Virus record (IMG/VR): IMGVR_UViG_3300045988_183505
Span: 32,001 to 96,000 of that record
Length of the DNA: 64,000 nucleotides
From: a virus
Direction: 5' to 3' (one strand)
Each line of letters begins with the position of its first letter. Position 1 is the stretch's first letter. The position numbers and the translations under genes were made by a program. Below the pieces are notes generated by a model. That model ran no database searches, was not told where the DNA came from, and saw nothing but the letters and a program-made list of their open reading frames with translations. This document shows positions 1 through 7,565 of the stretch, one piece after another.

Positions 1-320
1 TCTACCAGATACTGTCCATTCAACTTCTGTCCGGCAGGCGTTACTTCCACGCCCATCCTTTTCATCTCAAAGATGAATTTACGTTCTTCTGCCTTAGATG
101 TAAACGCCACACGTTCATAATCCTGCTTCCGGTACTCCGGCTTTGGCGGCTCGCCATTTTTTTGCTTCTGCGGCTTTAGTGTGCCGTTTTCAGCGTGCAG
201 GCTTGCAAACATATCATCTACTGCGGCGTTATACTGTCTGGCAACTTCATTGTATGCTCGTGACGATTTATCTGCTGTACCATTGGAGATAAATTCACCG
301 AAGTTAGAAAGCCCACTCAT
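1..320 (-). CDS. hypothetical protein, N-terminal part only (gene runs off the window start)
   Basis: ATG at 320-318 with GAAAGGAG (complement of 331-338) upstream. The frame MSGLSNFGEFISNGTADKSS... stays open to position 1. It sits directly downstream of 342..962 in the same minus-strand array. Confidence 0.5.
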   Translation of the reverse strand, partial: MSGLSNFGEFISNGTADKSSRAYNEVARQYNAAVDDMFASLHAENGTLKPQKQKNGEPPKPEYRKQDYERVAFTSKAEERKFIFEMKRMGVEVTPAGQKLNGQYLV

Positions 321-341
321 AATTTGTCAGCTCCTTTCTTC

Positions 342-962
342 TTACAGATGCAGAAACTGGTCGTTGCCAATCACATCTTCATTTTCCTCTGAATTATCGT
401 CTTCGTCATCGTAATCGTCTGCTACACCAGCATCTCGGCTATCCGGCTCATCTCTTGCCAGAAGTTCTTCCTCATACTCAACTTCGTCCAGTGTCATTTC
501 TTCAATGCCAAAATAAGCACTGCTCGCATCGAACAGCAGAACCAGCTCATCTTCTTCTGTTGACATGAAAAGTGGACGAAAAAAAGACAGCACATATACT
601 CGGCTATCTTCCAGTTCCGGCTTCACCAAGTCCAGAACGACTGCATAATCATTCGGCTTGCCTTCCAAAGCTTTCTGTGTGCCTCTCTGCAATGCAATGT
701 CCCACATAGACCGAAGCCGCAGAATATCCTTGCTTTTGTCGATGGTTGCTTTCAAGGTAACTCGTACCAGATTGTCGTCCAGAAAAACAGTGGTTTCTAC
801 CGGTGTTGTTTCCTGCTTGACTTCCACATTATTCATTGTGCCGTCTCTCAGGGTAAGAAACTGTTTCAGTGTCGCCACTGCATCGCAGAGCTGCGTCTTC
901 TGCAACACTGTTCTCAGTTCTGACAGTTCCTCTGTTTCATTTGCCTCAATAATGCGTAACAT
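342..962 (-). CDS. hypothetical protein with strongly acidic C-terminal tail
   Basis: 206-aa ORF packed 11 nt after the upstream gene. The C-terminal third is D/E-rich (DDYDDEDDNSEENED). No family recognised. Confidence 0.6.
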   Translation of the reverse strand: MLRIIEANETEELSELRTVLQKTQLCDAVATLKQFLTLRDGTMNNVEVKQETTPVETTVFLDDNLVRVTLKATIDKSKDILRLRSMWDIALQRGTQKALEGKPNDYAVVLDLVKPELEDSRVYVLSFFRPLFMSTEEDELVLLFDASSAYFGIEEMTLDEVEYEEELLARDEPDSRDAGVADDYDDEDDNSEENEDVIGNDQFLHL

Positions 963-973
963 AATGCTCCTTT

Positions 974-2032
974 CTAGGAAATGGGTATCAATTCAACATA
1001 ATTGTCATCAGAAAACACGCCATACAGCTTGCCTTTCTTTTCAATGACACCCTCTGTATTGATTACTGCCGTTCCGTTTTCTAACAGAACATAGTCCATA
1101 TAGCCTTGGATATTTTTCCGAATCGGATAGATTTCTCTTTTGGAGCTGATTCTTTTGCCGAAATTTGCCGGTACACAAGAACCTTCATGAGTGCGAATCT
1201 CCAGTTCACACTGTTCCGGTTCGTCCGGCATCATCTCATCTTTCATCTGATATACCGCAGTATTCAAATGCCCTTCTCTGTCATATCTTGCACTGACAGA
1301 AAATACAATCCCTTCAACTCCAAAATGCACATCTTTCCCTTGCATGACACGATACTCCAGCAAATCATCTACCACAACAATCAGCGGCAGGCTTTCCATT
1401 GGAGAGCGAAATTCTGTAGGGAAGATATGCACAGTCACTTCTTTGAAAACCGGTGATGTTACCGCAATCTTTGCTACGGAATACCACATGGTTTCTTTAT
1501 ATTTTCTTTCAAATGTTTCTTGCAGACCGACCGGCGTATTGCCTTTTCCGGCAAGAAGTGAATCTCCAGACTTTGCTTTGGAATGCTTCTTTGCCTTGTC
1601 CTGATACATCAGCTCCACGCCAACACTTCTTTGTTGGTCAAGGTCTGCTGCATCAAAATATTCCGGTACAAATCCGTAATAAACATCAATAAACTCATTC
1701 GGTGCATCTAAAATGCTTTTTAATTCTTGTACACCACTCTCCGGAACAAAAATATTCAGCTTTTCACCTTGAATACGGAACACATAGAATCCTTCCAAAG
1801 ATACCATGAATTTCCGCAAGGTGTAACTCCCGAACGCATAGCTAATCCGATTCGCTTTTCGCAGGTCTACGTTCAAGCAGACAAGATACATCTCGTCCTC
1901 ACGCTTTATCTGCTGTGCAAAATCCAGAAAAGCAAATTCGTTCGGGAATCCTGCTTTTTCCGTGAAGTGGTCTTTACAAGTCAGCTCCAACTTTTCAGTG
2001 CTGGTATAATTCTTGTAAACCTTCTCCTGCAT
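974..2032 (-). CDS. hypothetical protein (N-terminal part weakly resembles a degenerate GGDEF-type palm)
   Basis: 352-aa ORF abutting neighbours by 2-11 nt. The segment LVCLNVDLRKANRISYAFGSYTLRKF...RIQGEKLNIFV loosely parallels the D-x-D...GGDEF layout, but the acidic residues are replaced. The function call is weak. Confidence 0.6.
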   Translation of the reverse strand: MQEKVYKNYTSTEKLELTCKDHFTEKAGFPNEFAFLDFAQQIKREDEMYLVCLNVDLRKANRISYAFGSYTLRKFMVSLEGFYVFRIQGEKLNIFVPESGVQELKSILDAPNEFIDVYYGFVPEYFDAADLDQQRSVGVELMYQDKAKKHSKAKSGDSLLAGKGNTPVGLQETFERKYKETMWYSVAKIAVTSPVFKEVTVHIFPTEFRSPMESLPLIVVVDDLLEYRVMQGKDVHFGVEGIVFSVSARYDREGHLNTAVYQMKDEMMPDEPEQCELEIRTHEGSCVPANFGKRISSKREIYPIRKNIQGYMDYVLLENGTAVINTEGVIEKKGKLYGVFSDDNYVELIPIS

Positions 2033-2034
2033 GG

Positions 2035-2505
2035 TTAATCTGCTCCTTCTCCTGAAACATCGTCCGTTTCACTATCGGAAATCATCTGTTCCAGATATTC
2101 ATATGCAACTATCTCTGGCTTTTCTGTCATAAGAATTGTTCGTATCGTCATAATCCCGAAATTCTTATGCTGATTCTTTGTGACAGCTGCAATCTTGTAG
2201 GCATTCTCCGGTATCGGTTCAATGTGATATTCTTCACAAATACTCATGATTTTCTGATACCGAGAATAGTCCATTTTATTGTTGAAGCGTCTTTTTGCGT
2301 CCACTTCATATAGCTTTCGTTTTAATAACGAAACCAGAAAACTGACCTCTTTCTTTTCATACACCCTTTCAGCCAGTCCCTTGTGTTCCAGAAGCTCTAC
2401 GCAAGCCTCTGAAACGATGTCATCTGCACTTGTCCCCATATGGCAACACATTTTTTGCAGTGGCTTTGCTTGCTTTTGCAACGTAGTTACTATCCATTCC
2501 CACAT
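2035..2505 (-). CDS. hypothetical protein, possibly a sigma-70-like or other transcription factor
   Basis: The track ORF is 2035..2577. I place the start at ATG 2505-2503 because GAAAGGGGTG lies 5 nt upstream. GTSADDIVSEACVELLE loosely resembles sigma region 2. The functional call is weak. Confidence 0.55.
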   Translation of the reverse strand: MWEWIVTTLQKQAKPLQKMCCHMGTSADDIVSEACVELLEHKGLAERVYEKKEVSFLVSLLKRKLYEVDAKRRFNNKMDYSRYQKIMSICEEYHIEPIPENAYKIAAVTKNQHKNFGIMTIRTILMTEKPEIVAYEYLEQMISDSETDDVSGEGAD

Positions 2506-2524
2506 GACTACACCCCTTTCTCCG

Positions 2525-2734
2525 TCATTTTGCGTTGCAGCGTAAGTCTTTGTTTTCAGACTTCTTATCATTCGCAATCCTACGGATTATTTCTCCGGCT
2601 TCTGTCAAGGAATTTCCAAGGCAGTAATTATCCGGCGAAGCATAGTATGGTGTATCGCTCAGGAATTTTTGCAAGTCTTCTTTGTCTCGAAAGTTCAAAT
2701 TCATCACTCTCCATAAGGTGTGAGACATACACAC
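2525..2734 (-). CDS. small hypothetical protein (doubtful)
   Basis: 69-aa ORF with a protein-like charged sequence. None of the candidate starts (2734 GTG, 2728, 2704) has a well-spaced RBS. Confidence 0.3.
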   Translation of the reverse strand: MCMSHTLWRVMNLNFRDKEDLQKFLSDTPYYASPDNYCLGNSLTEAGEIIRRIANDKKSENKDLRCNAK

Positions 2735-2762
2735 AAAGCAAATACGCTTTCAATCATTACAG

Positions 2763-2776
2763 CTGCTTGTCCGCAG
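2763..2776 (-). repeat. copy 1 of the recurrent hairpin motif CTGCGGAYAAGCAG (sense strand = minus)
   Basis: The minus strand reads CTGCGGACAAGCAG. Near-identical 14-mers sit at 12390-12403 (minus sense) and 18153-18166 (plus sense). Each lies in an intergenic spacer in the local direction of transcription. Confidence 0.6.
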
Positions 2777-2976
2777 ACCATAATCAATGGATTTGGATAA
2801 ACCAAAACCCTCAGATATGTATGCCTATAGATGGTAAACCCAAACGTGGGGAACGTTGCCCAGAACAGGGCAGAAAATCTCTGTCTATAGTATAACATAT
2901 CCAAGGGGATTGAAATGTATAATTGTACATCTATCCTGTTTTTTGGACAGAACAGATGAAGTTACCTTTTGTCAGG

Positions 2977-5535
2977 TCACGCCTCTGCGGTAGAGCTTTT
3001 TTCAGAGGGTACAGTGAACTTCTTCCGCTTTTCATCATTCGGGTTCGTACTCATGATGTGGTAAAGCTCGGAATCCACCGGCAGCTTATAGTCGAATGGA
3101 ATCAAAACGGAGTTGTTATAAATCAGTCCCATACCAGACGGCTTATCCTTGATGAAGTCAATCAGGTTATCGGAGATGCCGTACAGCTGCTGGAGCTGGC
3201 TTCTACCGATAGGGGACTGGTTCAGGAATACGAAGAATCCGGAGTTGTTGAACATCGCAGTACCCTGCTGAGTACGGAGCAGGTCGGCAACGTCCTGAGT
3301 GATACCGGTCATGATACCGCCGTACTTACGAACTCGCTTGAAGTACGCCATGATTGTGGTTGCAGAGCTTTCTGTCTGGAAGAACAAGTGGAACTCATCA
3401 AGGTATACCCAAACAGACTTACCGGTATGATACTTTTCATTTTCCTCACGGTTCTTAACTACTCGTGTCCAGATGTTAGAAAGGCAAACCTTCATCGCCA
3501 TTTCCTTCATCTTTTCCGGCAGATACAGCAGATTGAAAATTGTCAGTCTGTCGCCGGTACGGACATTTGTTTTATGTGCAAACAAGTTATAGTTACCAAT
3601 GCAGTACGGCTCGATTGCCATTGCAATCTTATTGCCTTCTGCACTCTTGTCTTCCAGCAGTTCATTATAAAAATCAACCAGTGTCGGACAAATCTCGGTA
3701 TCAATATCCTGTTTCTTACCGTCATTCTTACGCCGTGTCATTTCATCAATGTACGGCTCATACATACGGTTGCAGCAACGGTGGATTACATTGACTTCAT
3801 AGGAGTTACACTCTCTGCCCTTACCAAGAACAGATTCCACCAAGCCAACCATGTAGTCGCACTTTTCTACCAGCGGCGATGCCTTCGGGTCGTCCCATTC
3901 CATCGACATATCGCACGGATTGATATGGAAATCCGACTTTGCTTCCAAGTCGATTACAATGCCGCCGAATGCCTCTGCAATTACACGGTACTCATTCTCA
4001 GGGTCAAGGATAATCATATCGTCCTTGCCGTCCAGCAAGTTCGGAATCAGCTCACCCTTTGTGAGAAACGACTTACCAGAACCAGACTGTCCAAAGATAA
4101 GTCCATTCGCCAGACGAGAACGCTTGCGGTCATACATAATCATATTTTTTGATACCGCATTGATGCCGTAGAAGTGTCCACGCTTATCCACCAGTTCCTG
4201 AATATTGAAGGGGAACAATGCACACGCATTATCACAAGTCAGCATACGGTCAATAATGATTTTGCTGTTACCAACCAGAGTTGCTGTGTTCAGTGCTGCG
4301 TGCTGCTGCCCAATCAGATAGGAAGGTGTTACAGAGAAGTCGGCACACACAGACTTGTACTGAGCTGTGATGTCTTTCAGCTCTGCCTCGGTTTCTCCGA
4401 AGATGGTCACACACATAGTTGCATAGAACAGTTTCTTGCCTTCATTAACAACATCATTACGAAGCTTTTTTGCCTGCTCCTGAGCCAGCTGCAAATCTTC
4501 ATTCATCAGGGAAGGGTCATAGCCGCTTTTATATGCCTGCTGACTGGCTTTGATTACGTCCGCTTTGATTGAGGTGTTCATCATTTTTACAGAAGTCAGA
4601 GCCTTCTTTCTCGGTACTGGCTTCAACTGAATCACTGTTACCATCTCATACGGCATATTCGTTGCCTTTGTCAGGAAAGAAGTGTCCAGCTGCTGAGGCA
4701 GATTGACAAATGCAAAGGATTCGCAGAAACGATTGTCGTCCAGCTGCAATCCCTGACGAAGTTTTGTCACACACTGCGGAGCAATCGTATCCTTTACTGA
4801 TACACCAGCTTTTTTCAGTGCAGTCAAATCCAAATAAGGAGTTTCATTTCCTTCTCCGTCAACCTGCTTTGCAATATATCGACCAAATTCCTCACGATAC
4901 GGAATGCCTTCCGTACCATTCAGAATTTCACGCATCAGCTCCAGACGTTCGATTGCATCAAGCTGTCTAACACCGACCTTATTGATTGCCTTGGTTGCTT
5001 CCTGCAATGCTACGTCTGCGGCATTGAACACGCTATCTGCTTCATCAAGATTTCTTGCCTTGGCACAGAGCATAATGTATTTCATCTTAGAAATATCATT
5101 ACGACCTTCCTCAATCTTCGCATCAATGATAACGTTGTAGTCATTGCGATAGATGTCCAGATTGTCGCCCTGCTCTTTGATATGATAAGAGTTGACAAGC
5201 TGCTCCAGCGTGCTTCGCTTATTCACAATAATGATGTTGACCTCAACATTGTCCGGAAAGCGGTTAATCAGCTTTGCATAGTTGATAAGAATATCTTCCT
5301 GCCGTTCTTCCGGTTCTGTTACAAAGTTGCTGTCCACCAACTCATAAAGTTTGGAGTAGTAGCCTTTTTTCAGAATCACACCTTCTTTGGTGATTCCGTC
5401 AAAGTCCAGAAGTTCCTGCACAGTGCGAATACGCATTGCCTGCGGCTTCTTGCCCTGCTTTTTCTGGTTCTTCTGGTTCGGGACTGCCGGTACAGCAGTC
5501 TGCGAATTTTGATTCTTGTTTCCAAATAAACTCAT
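2977..5535 (-). CDS. virB4: VirB4-family type IV secretion (conjugation) ATPase
   Basis: 852 aa. Walker A is GQSGSGKSF, Walker B is VWVYLDEFHLFF, and a downstream GITQDVADLL motif is present. Size and N-terminal architecture are typical of Firmicute VirB4/TcpF-like ATPases. It lies directly downstream of the relaxase. Confidence 0.93.
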   Translation of the reverse strand: MSLFGNKNQNSQTAVPAVPNQKNQKKQGKKPQAMRIRTVQELLDFDGITKEGVILKKGYYSKLYELVDSNFVTEPEERQEDILINYAKLINRFPDNVEVNIIIVNKRSTLEQLVNSYHIKEQGDNLDIYRNDYNVIIDAKIEEGRNDISKMKYIMLCAKARNLDEADSVFNAADVALQEATKAINKVGVRQLDAIERLELMREILNGTEGIPYREEFGRYIAKQVDGEGNETPYLDLTALKKAGVSVKDTIAPQCVTKLRQGLQLDDNRFCESFAFVNLPQQLDTSFLTKATNMPYEMVTVIQLKPVPRKKALTSVKMMNTSIKADVIKASQQAYKSGYDPSLMNEDLQLAQEQAKKLRNDVVNEGKKLFYATMCVTIFGETEAELKDITAQYKSVCADFSVTPSYLIGQQHAALNTATLVGNSKIIIDRMLTCDNACALFPFNIQELVDKRGHFYGINAVSKNMIMYDRKRSRLANGLIFGQSGSGKSFLTKGELIPNLLDGKDDMIILDPENEYRVIAEAFGGIVIDLEAKSDFHINPCDMSMEWDDPKASPLVEKCDYMVGLVESVLGKGRECNSYEVNVIHRCCNRMYEPYIDEMTRRKNDGKKQDIDTEICPTLVDFYNELLEDKSAEGNKIAMAIEPYCIGNYNLFAHKTNVRTGDRLTIFNLLYLPEKMKEMAMKVCLSNIWTRVVKNREENEKYHTGKSVWVYLDEFHLFFQTESSATTIMAYFKRVRKYGGIMTGITQDVADLLRTQQGTAMFNNSGFFVFLNQSPIGRSQLQQLYGISDNLIDFIKDKPSGMGLIYNNSVLIPFDYKLPVDSELYHIMSTNPNDEKRKKFTVPSEKSSTAEA

Positions 5536-5552
5536 CGTATCTTCCTTTCTGA

Positions 5553-6908
5553 TTACGCTTTCGTCTGCTCCAACTTTCTTTCTTCCTGCTTCTGCTTTTG
5601 CTGCAAGTCATGTCTTTCAAAATAGTCAACCTGTACCTGCTGTTCCTGCATCAGCTTCTCCAGAACGACACGACCGAAATCATATTCATCGTGTTGCATT
5701 CGTTCCATATATATTTTTCTTCCTCGCAGTTCTTCAAACCGAAGATTCTCTCCCAGTTCCAAAAGTGCATTCATGGTTTCCTGTGCATTGTCCACCTTCA
5801 AAAACGCATACAGTCTATTGCTTGTACGAGAGCTTCTTATTGCAACATTTCTTTTTACTGTATATGCCGCCTTTGACATGATGTACGCTTCACCATTCTC
5901 TGAAATGAATGCTGACTGCGGTGAAGGTTTTCTCCTGTCGTGAGAAAATTCAAATACCAAAATTGCATTATCTTCTATCTCACGACCAGCGTAACTGCCA
6001 TCATAAACATTCAGCTTTGTACTTCGTGCCGGAACATATTTTTTCTGTTTCATCTTTTCTAAATCCTGACGCAGATATGGGTATCTGTTTCGTGTCATGA
6101 CCTCACGAAGAATTTTATTTTCTGCTTCCAGTGCATCAATTTTTTGCAGCAAAGGAATCAGACTTACATCTCTTTTCTCTACGCCGTTTGCTTGTGCCAG
6201 TGAGAAAATTTGCAGAATATCTTTTTGCAGATATTTCTTTTGAGTTTCCATCGCTTCTACTTCGCTCCGAAGTTTTTCCAACTTCATTTGCAACACAGTT
6301 TTATTTCCTTCTGCTGTCGCATTGTTCAGAATTGCCGCTTCATATTGCAGCTGTTCTTTCACATATCGTGACAACCTGTGGTGCATCGTAGAAAGATATT
6401 TTCTTGTAACAGCTTCCTTGCCGCAAAGTCTTTCAAACGGAGTGTCGCTCGGTAAGCCCTTTTTCTCCAGCCACGCTTTTTCTCTTTCAGTTGTTGCTTC
6501 CTTTTCTTTTACCGTTGGAACAAAATCCAAATGCAAGTGAGGTGTTACTTCATCTTTGTGGACAACGGCATTGATGATATTTTTTTCTCCAAAATCTTTG
6601 CAGAAAAAATCGTAAATCGCTTGAAAAAAAGCTCTCTCATCTTCCGGTTTCACATTGCTAGGAAGTGTTACCACAAGTTCTCCAAGGACTGTAGGAGCAT
6701 TTACGCCTGACGCTTTCCGTCCAATGTAAATCTCGCTCAGTCGCTTATCTAATTCTTCTGGACTTCCACGCTTTAAGTGGTAATTGAACATGGTCTTCGC
6801 ATCATCAATCATCTCATTGCTATGCTGTACTCCATCTCCTGCTGTTCGGTTATTGTGCTGGAACAGCCGACCAACAGAGTGCTGCTTGAACTTCGCAATA
6901 CTCGCCAC
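5553..6908 (-). CDS. mob: MobV-family (Mob/Pre) relaxase
   Basis: The N-terminal FQHNNRT (HxxR-like) motif and HKDEVTPHLHLDFVP (HxDExxPHxH) are hallmarks of Mob_Pre/MOBV relaxases. The C-terminus is a long coiled coil. GTG start at 6908 follows AAGGAGAGGTG. Confidence 0.9.
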   Translation of the reverse strand: MASIAKFKQHSVGRLFQHNNRTAGDGVQHSNEMIDDAKTMFNYHLKRGSPEELDKRLSEIYIGRKASGVNAPTVLGELVVTLPSNVKPEDERAFFQAIYDFFCKDFGEKNIINAVVHKDEVTPHLHLDFVPTVKEKEATTEREKAWLEKKGLPSDTPFERLCGKEAVTRKYLSTMHHRLSRYVKEQLQYEAAILNNATAEGNKTVLQMKLEKLRSEVEAMETQKKYLQKDILQIFSLAQANGVEKRDVSLIPLLQKIDALEAENKILREVMTRNRYPYLRQDLEKMKQKKYVPARSTKLNVYDGSYAGREIEDNAILVFEFSHDRRKPSPQSAFISENGEAYIMSKAAYTVKRNVAIRSSRTSNRLYAFLKVDNAQETMNALLELGENLRFEELRGRKIYMERMQHDEYDFGRVVLEKLMQEQQVQVDYFERHDLQQKQKQEERKLEQTKA

Positions 6909-6944
6909 TTATGATTCACCTCTCCTTTTTTGTGTTCCTATATT

Positions 6945-6971
6945 CGTTATGTAACGCCAAAAAAGAAAACG
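6945..6971 (-). promoter_or_regulatory. 27-bp element upstream of mob (candidate oriT/nic region or shared operator), copy 1
   Basis: The minus strand reads CGTTTTCTTTTTTGGCGTTACATAACG. This matches 14200-14226 on the plus strand at 26 of 27 positions. It contains the near-palindrome GCGTTACATAACG and lies 37 nt upstream of the mob start. Confidence 0.5.
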
Positions 6972-7067
6972 AAAACTGCTTTCAGATTATTTTGTCAAGG
7001 TACGAAAATACATCTGGATTCCCTTAAATCAACATCGGAAATCCCATCTAAAACAGGTACTTGCGTT

Positions 7068-7097
7068 GGTATTGGTATAACAAGATATACCAATACC
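7068..7097. repeat. recombinase core-type site A: perfect 12-bp inverted arms around a 6-bp spacer
   Basis: GGTATTGGTATA-ACAAGA-TATACCAATACC. The same core, with the spacer in the opposite orientation, occurs at 23331-23352 and 54519-54540. Confidence 0.7.
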
Positions 7098-7141
7098 TGC
7101 TTTTGCGATATGATTGCTAAAAAAATCCATCTAAAACAATA

Positions 7142-7172
7142 AGGGACGAACAGCTATATGCCATTCGCCCCC
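7142..7172 (-). terminator. putative intrinsic terminator after the HU gene
   Basis: On the minus strand, GGGGCGAA-loop-TTCGTCCC (8-bp stem, one mismatch) is followed by T-rich sequence. Confidence 0.4.
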
Positions 7173-7200
7173 ACACTATCTATCTGGTTGTATATAATGC

Positions 7201-7491
7201 TTACTTATTTGCAAAGTTGTTTGCAACCGCTTCTTTGAAACACTTGCTCGGCTTGAACTTCGGAATCATCTTTTCTGGTACGTCCTTTGCTGTACCAGTA
7301 GCAAGATTATGCACTGTTCTTGCCTTCTGCTTGAACGGCTCAAATGTACCAAAACCGATAAACTGAATCCGTTCACCAGCTGCCACCGCATCAACGATAG
7401 CACTCAGAAAATCGTCAACGATTTCCATTGTCTGAACCTGCGTCAGACCGTTCTTCTTTGCGATTTCTTTTACGATATTCTTTTTGTTCAT
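7201..7491 (-). CDS. hup: HU/IHF-family DNA-binding protein
   Basis: 96 aa. MNKKNIVKEIAKKNGLTQ...FIGFGTFEP...PKFKPSK matches the HU fold signature. AAAGGAG RBS. Confidence 0.9.
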   Translation of the reverse strand: MNKKNIVKEIAKKNGLTQVQTMEIVDDFLSAIVDAVAAGERIQFIGFGTFEPFKQKARTVHNLATGTAKDVPEKMIPKFKPSKCFKEAVANNFANK

Positions 7492-7524
7492 TGTGATTAA
7501 CTCCTTTGTGAAAAAATGATTTTT

Positions 7525-7556
7525 ATAATAGCCGCCGGTGCATCAGCGGCAATTAT
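7525..7556 (-). terminator. putative terminator between the membrane-protein gene and the HU gene
   Basis: Minus-strand hairpin AATTGCCGC...GCGGCTATT with one mismatch. A T-run (complement of 7511-7516) lies a few nt downstream. Confidence 0.35.
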
Positions 7557-7565
7557 TACTGCAAA

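Noticed and set aside
2923-4152. 409-aa plus-strand ORF, and other long ORFs antisense to large genes: 16443..17183, 26709..27584, 30830..31513, 44235..44897, 55542..56315, 59013..59804.
   Set aside because: These are shadow ORFs opposite well-supported genes (virB4, the acidic proteins, the polyvalent protein, the small-gene arrays). They have odd composition (Cys/His/Phe/Leu-rich), no RBS and no recognisable motifs.
6930-7142. ORFs 6930..7142 (+) and 22886..23404 (-) share the peptide IGITRYT with the divergent integrase, which suggests integrase gene fragments.
   Set aside because: The similarity is confined to the 26-29 nt recombination-site repeat and does not extend into flanking codons. 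It is a DNA repeat translated in the same frame, not a pseudogene remnant.
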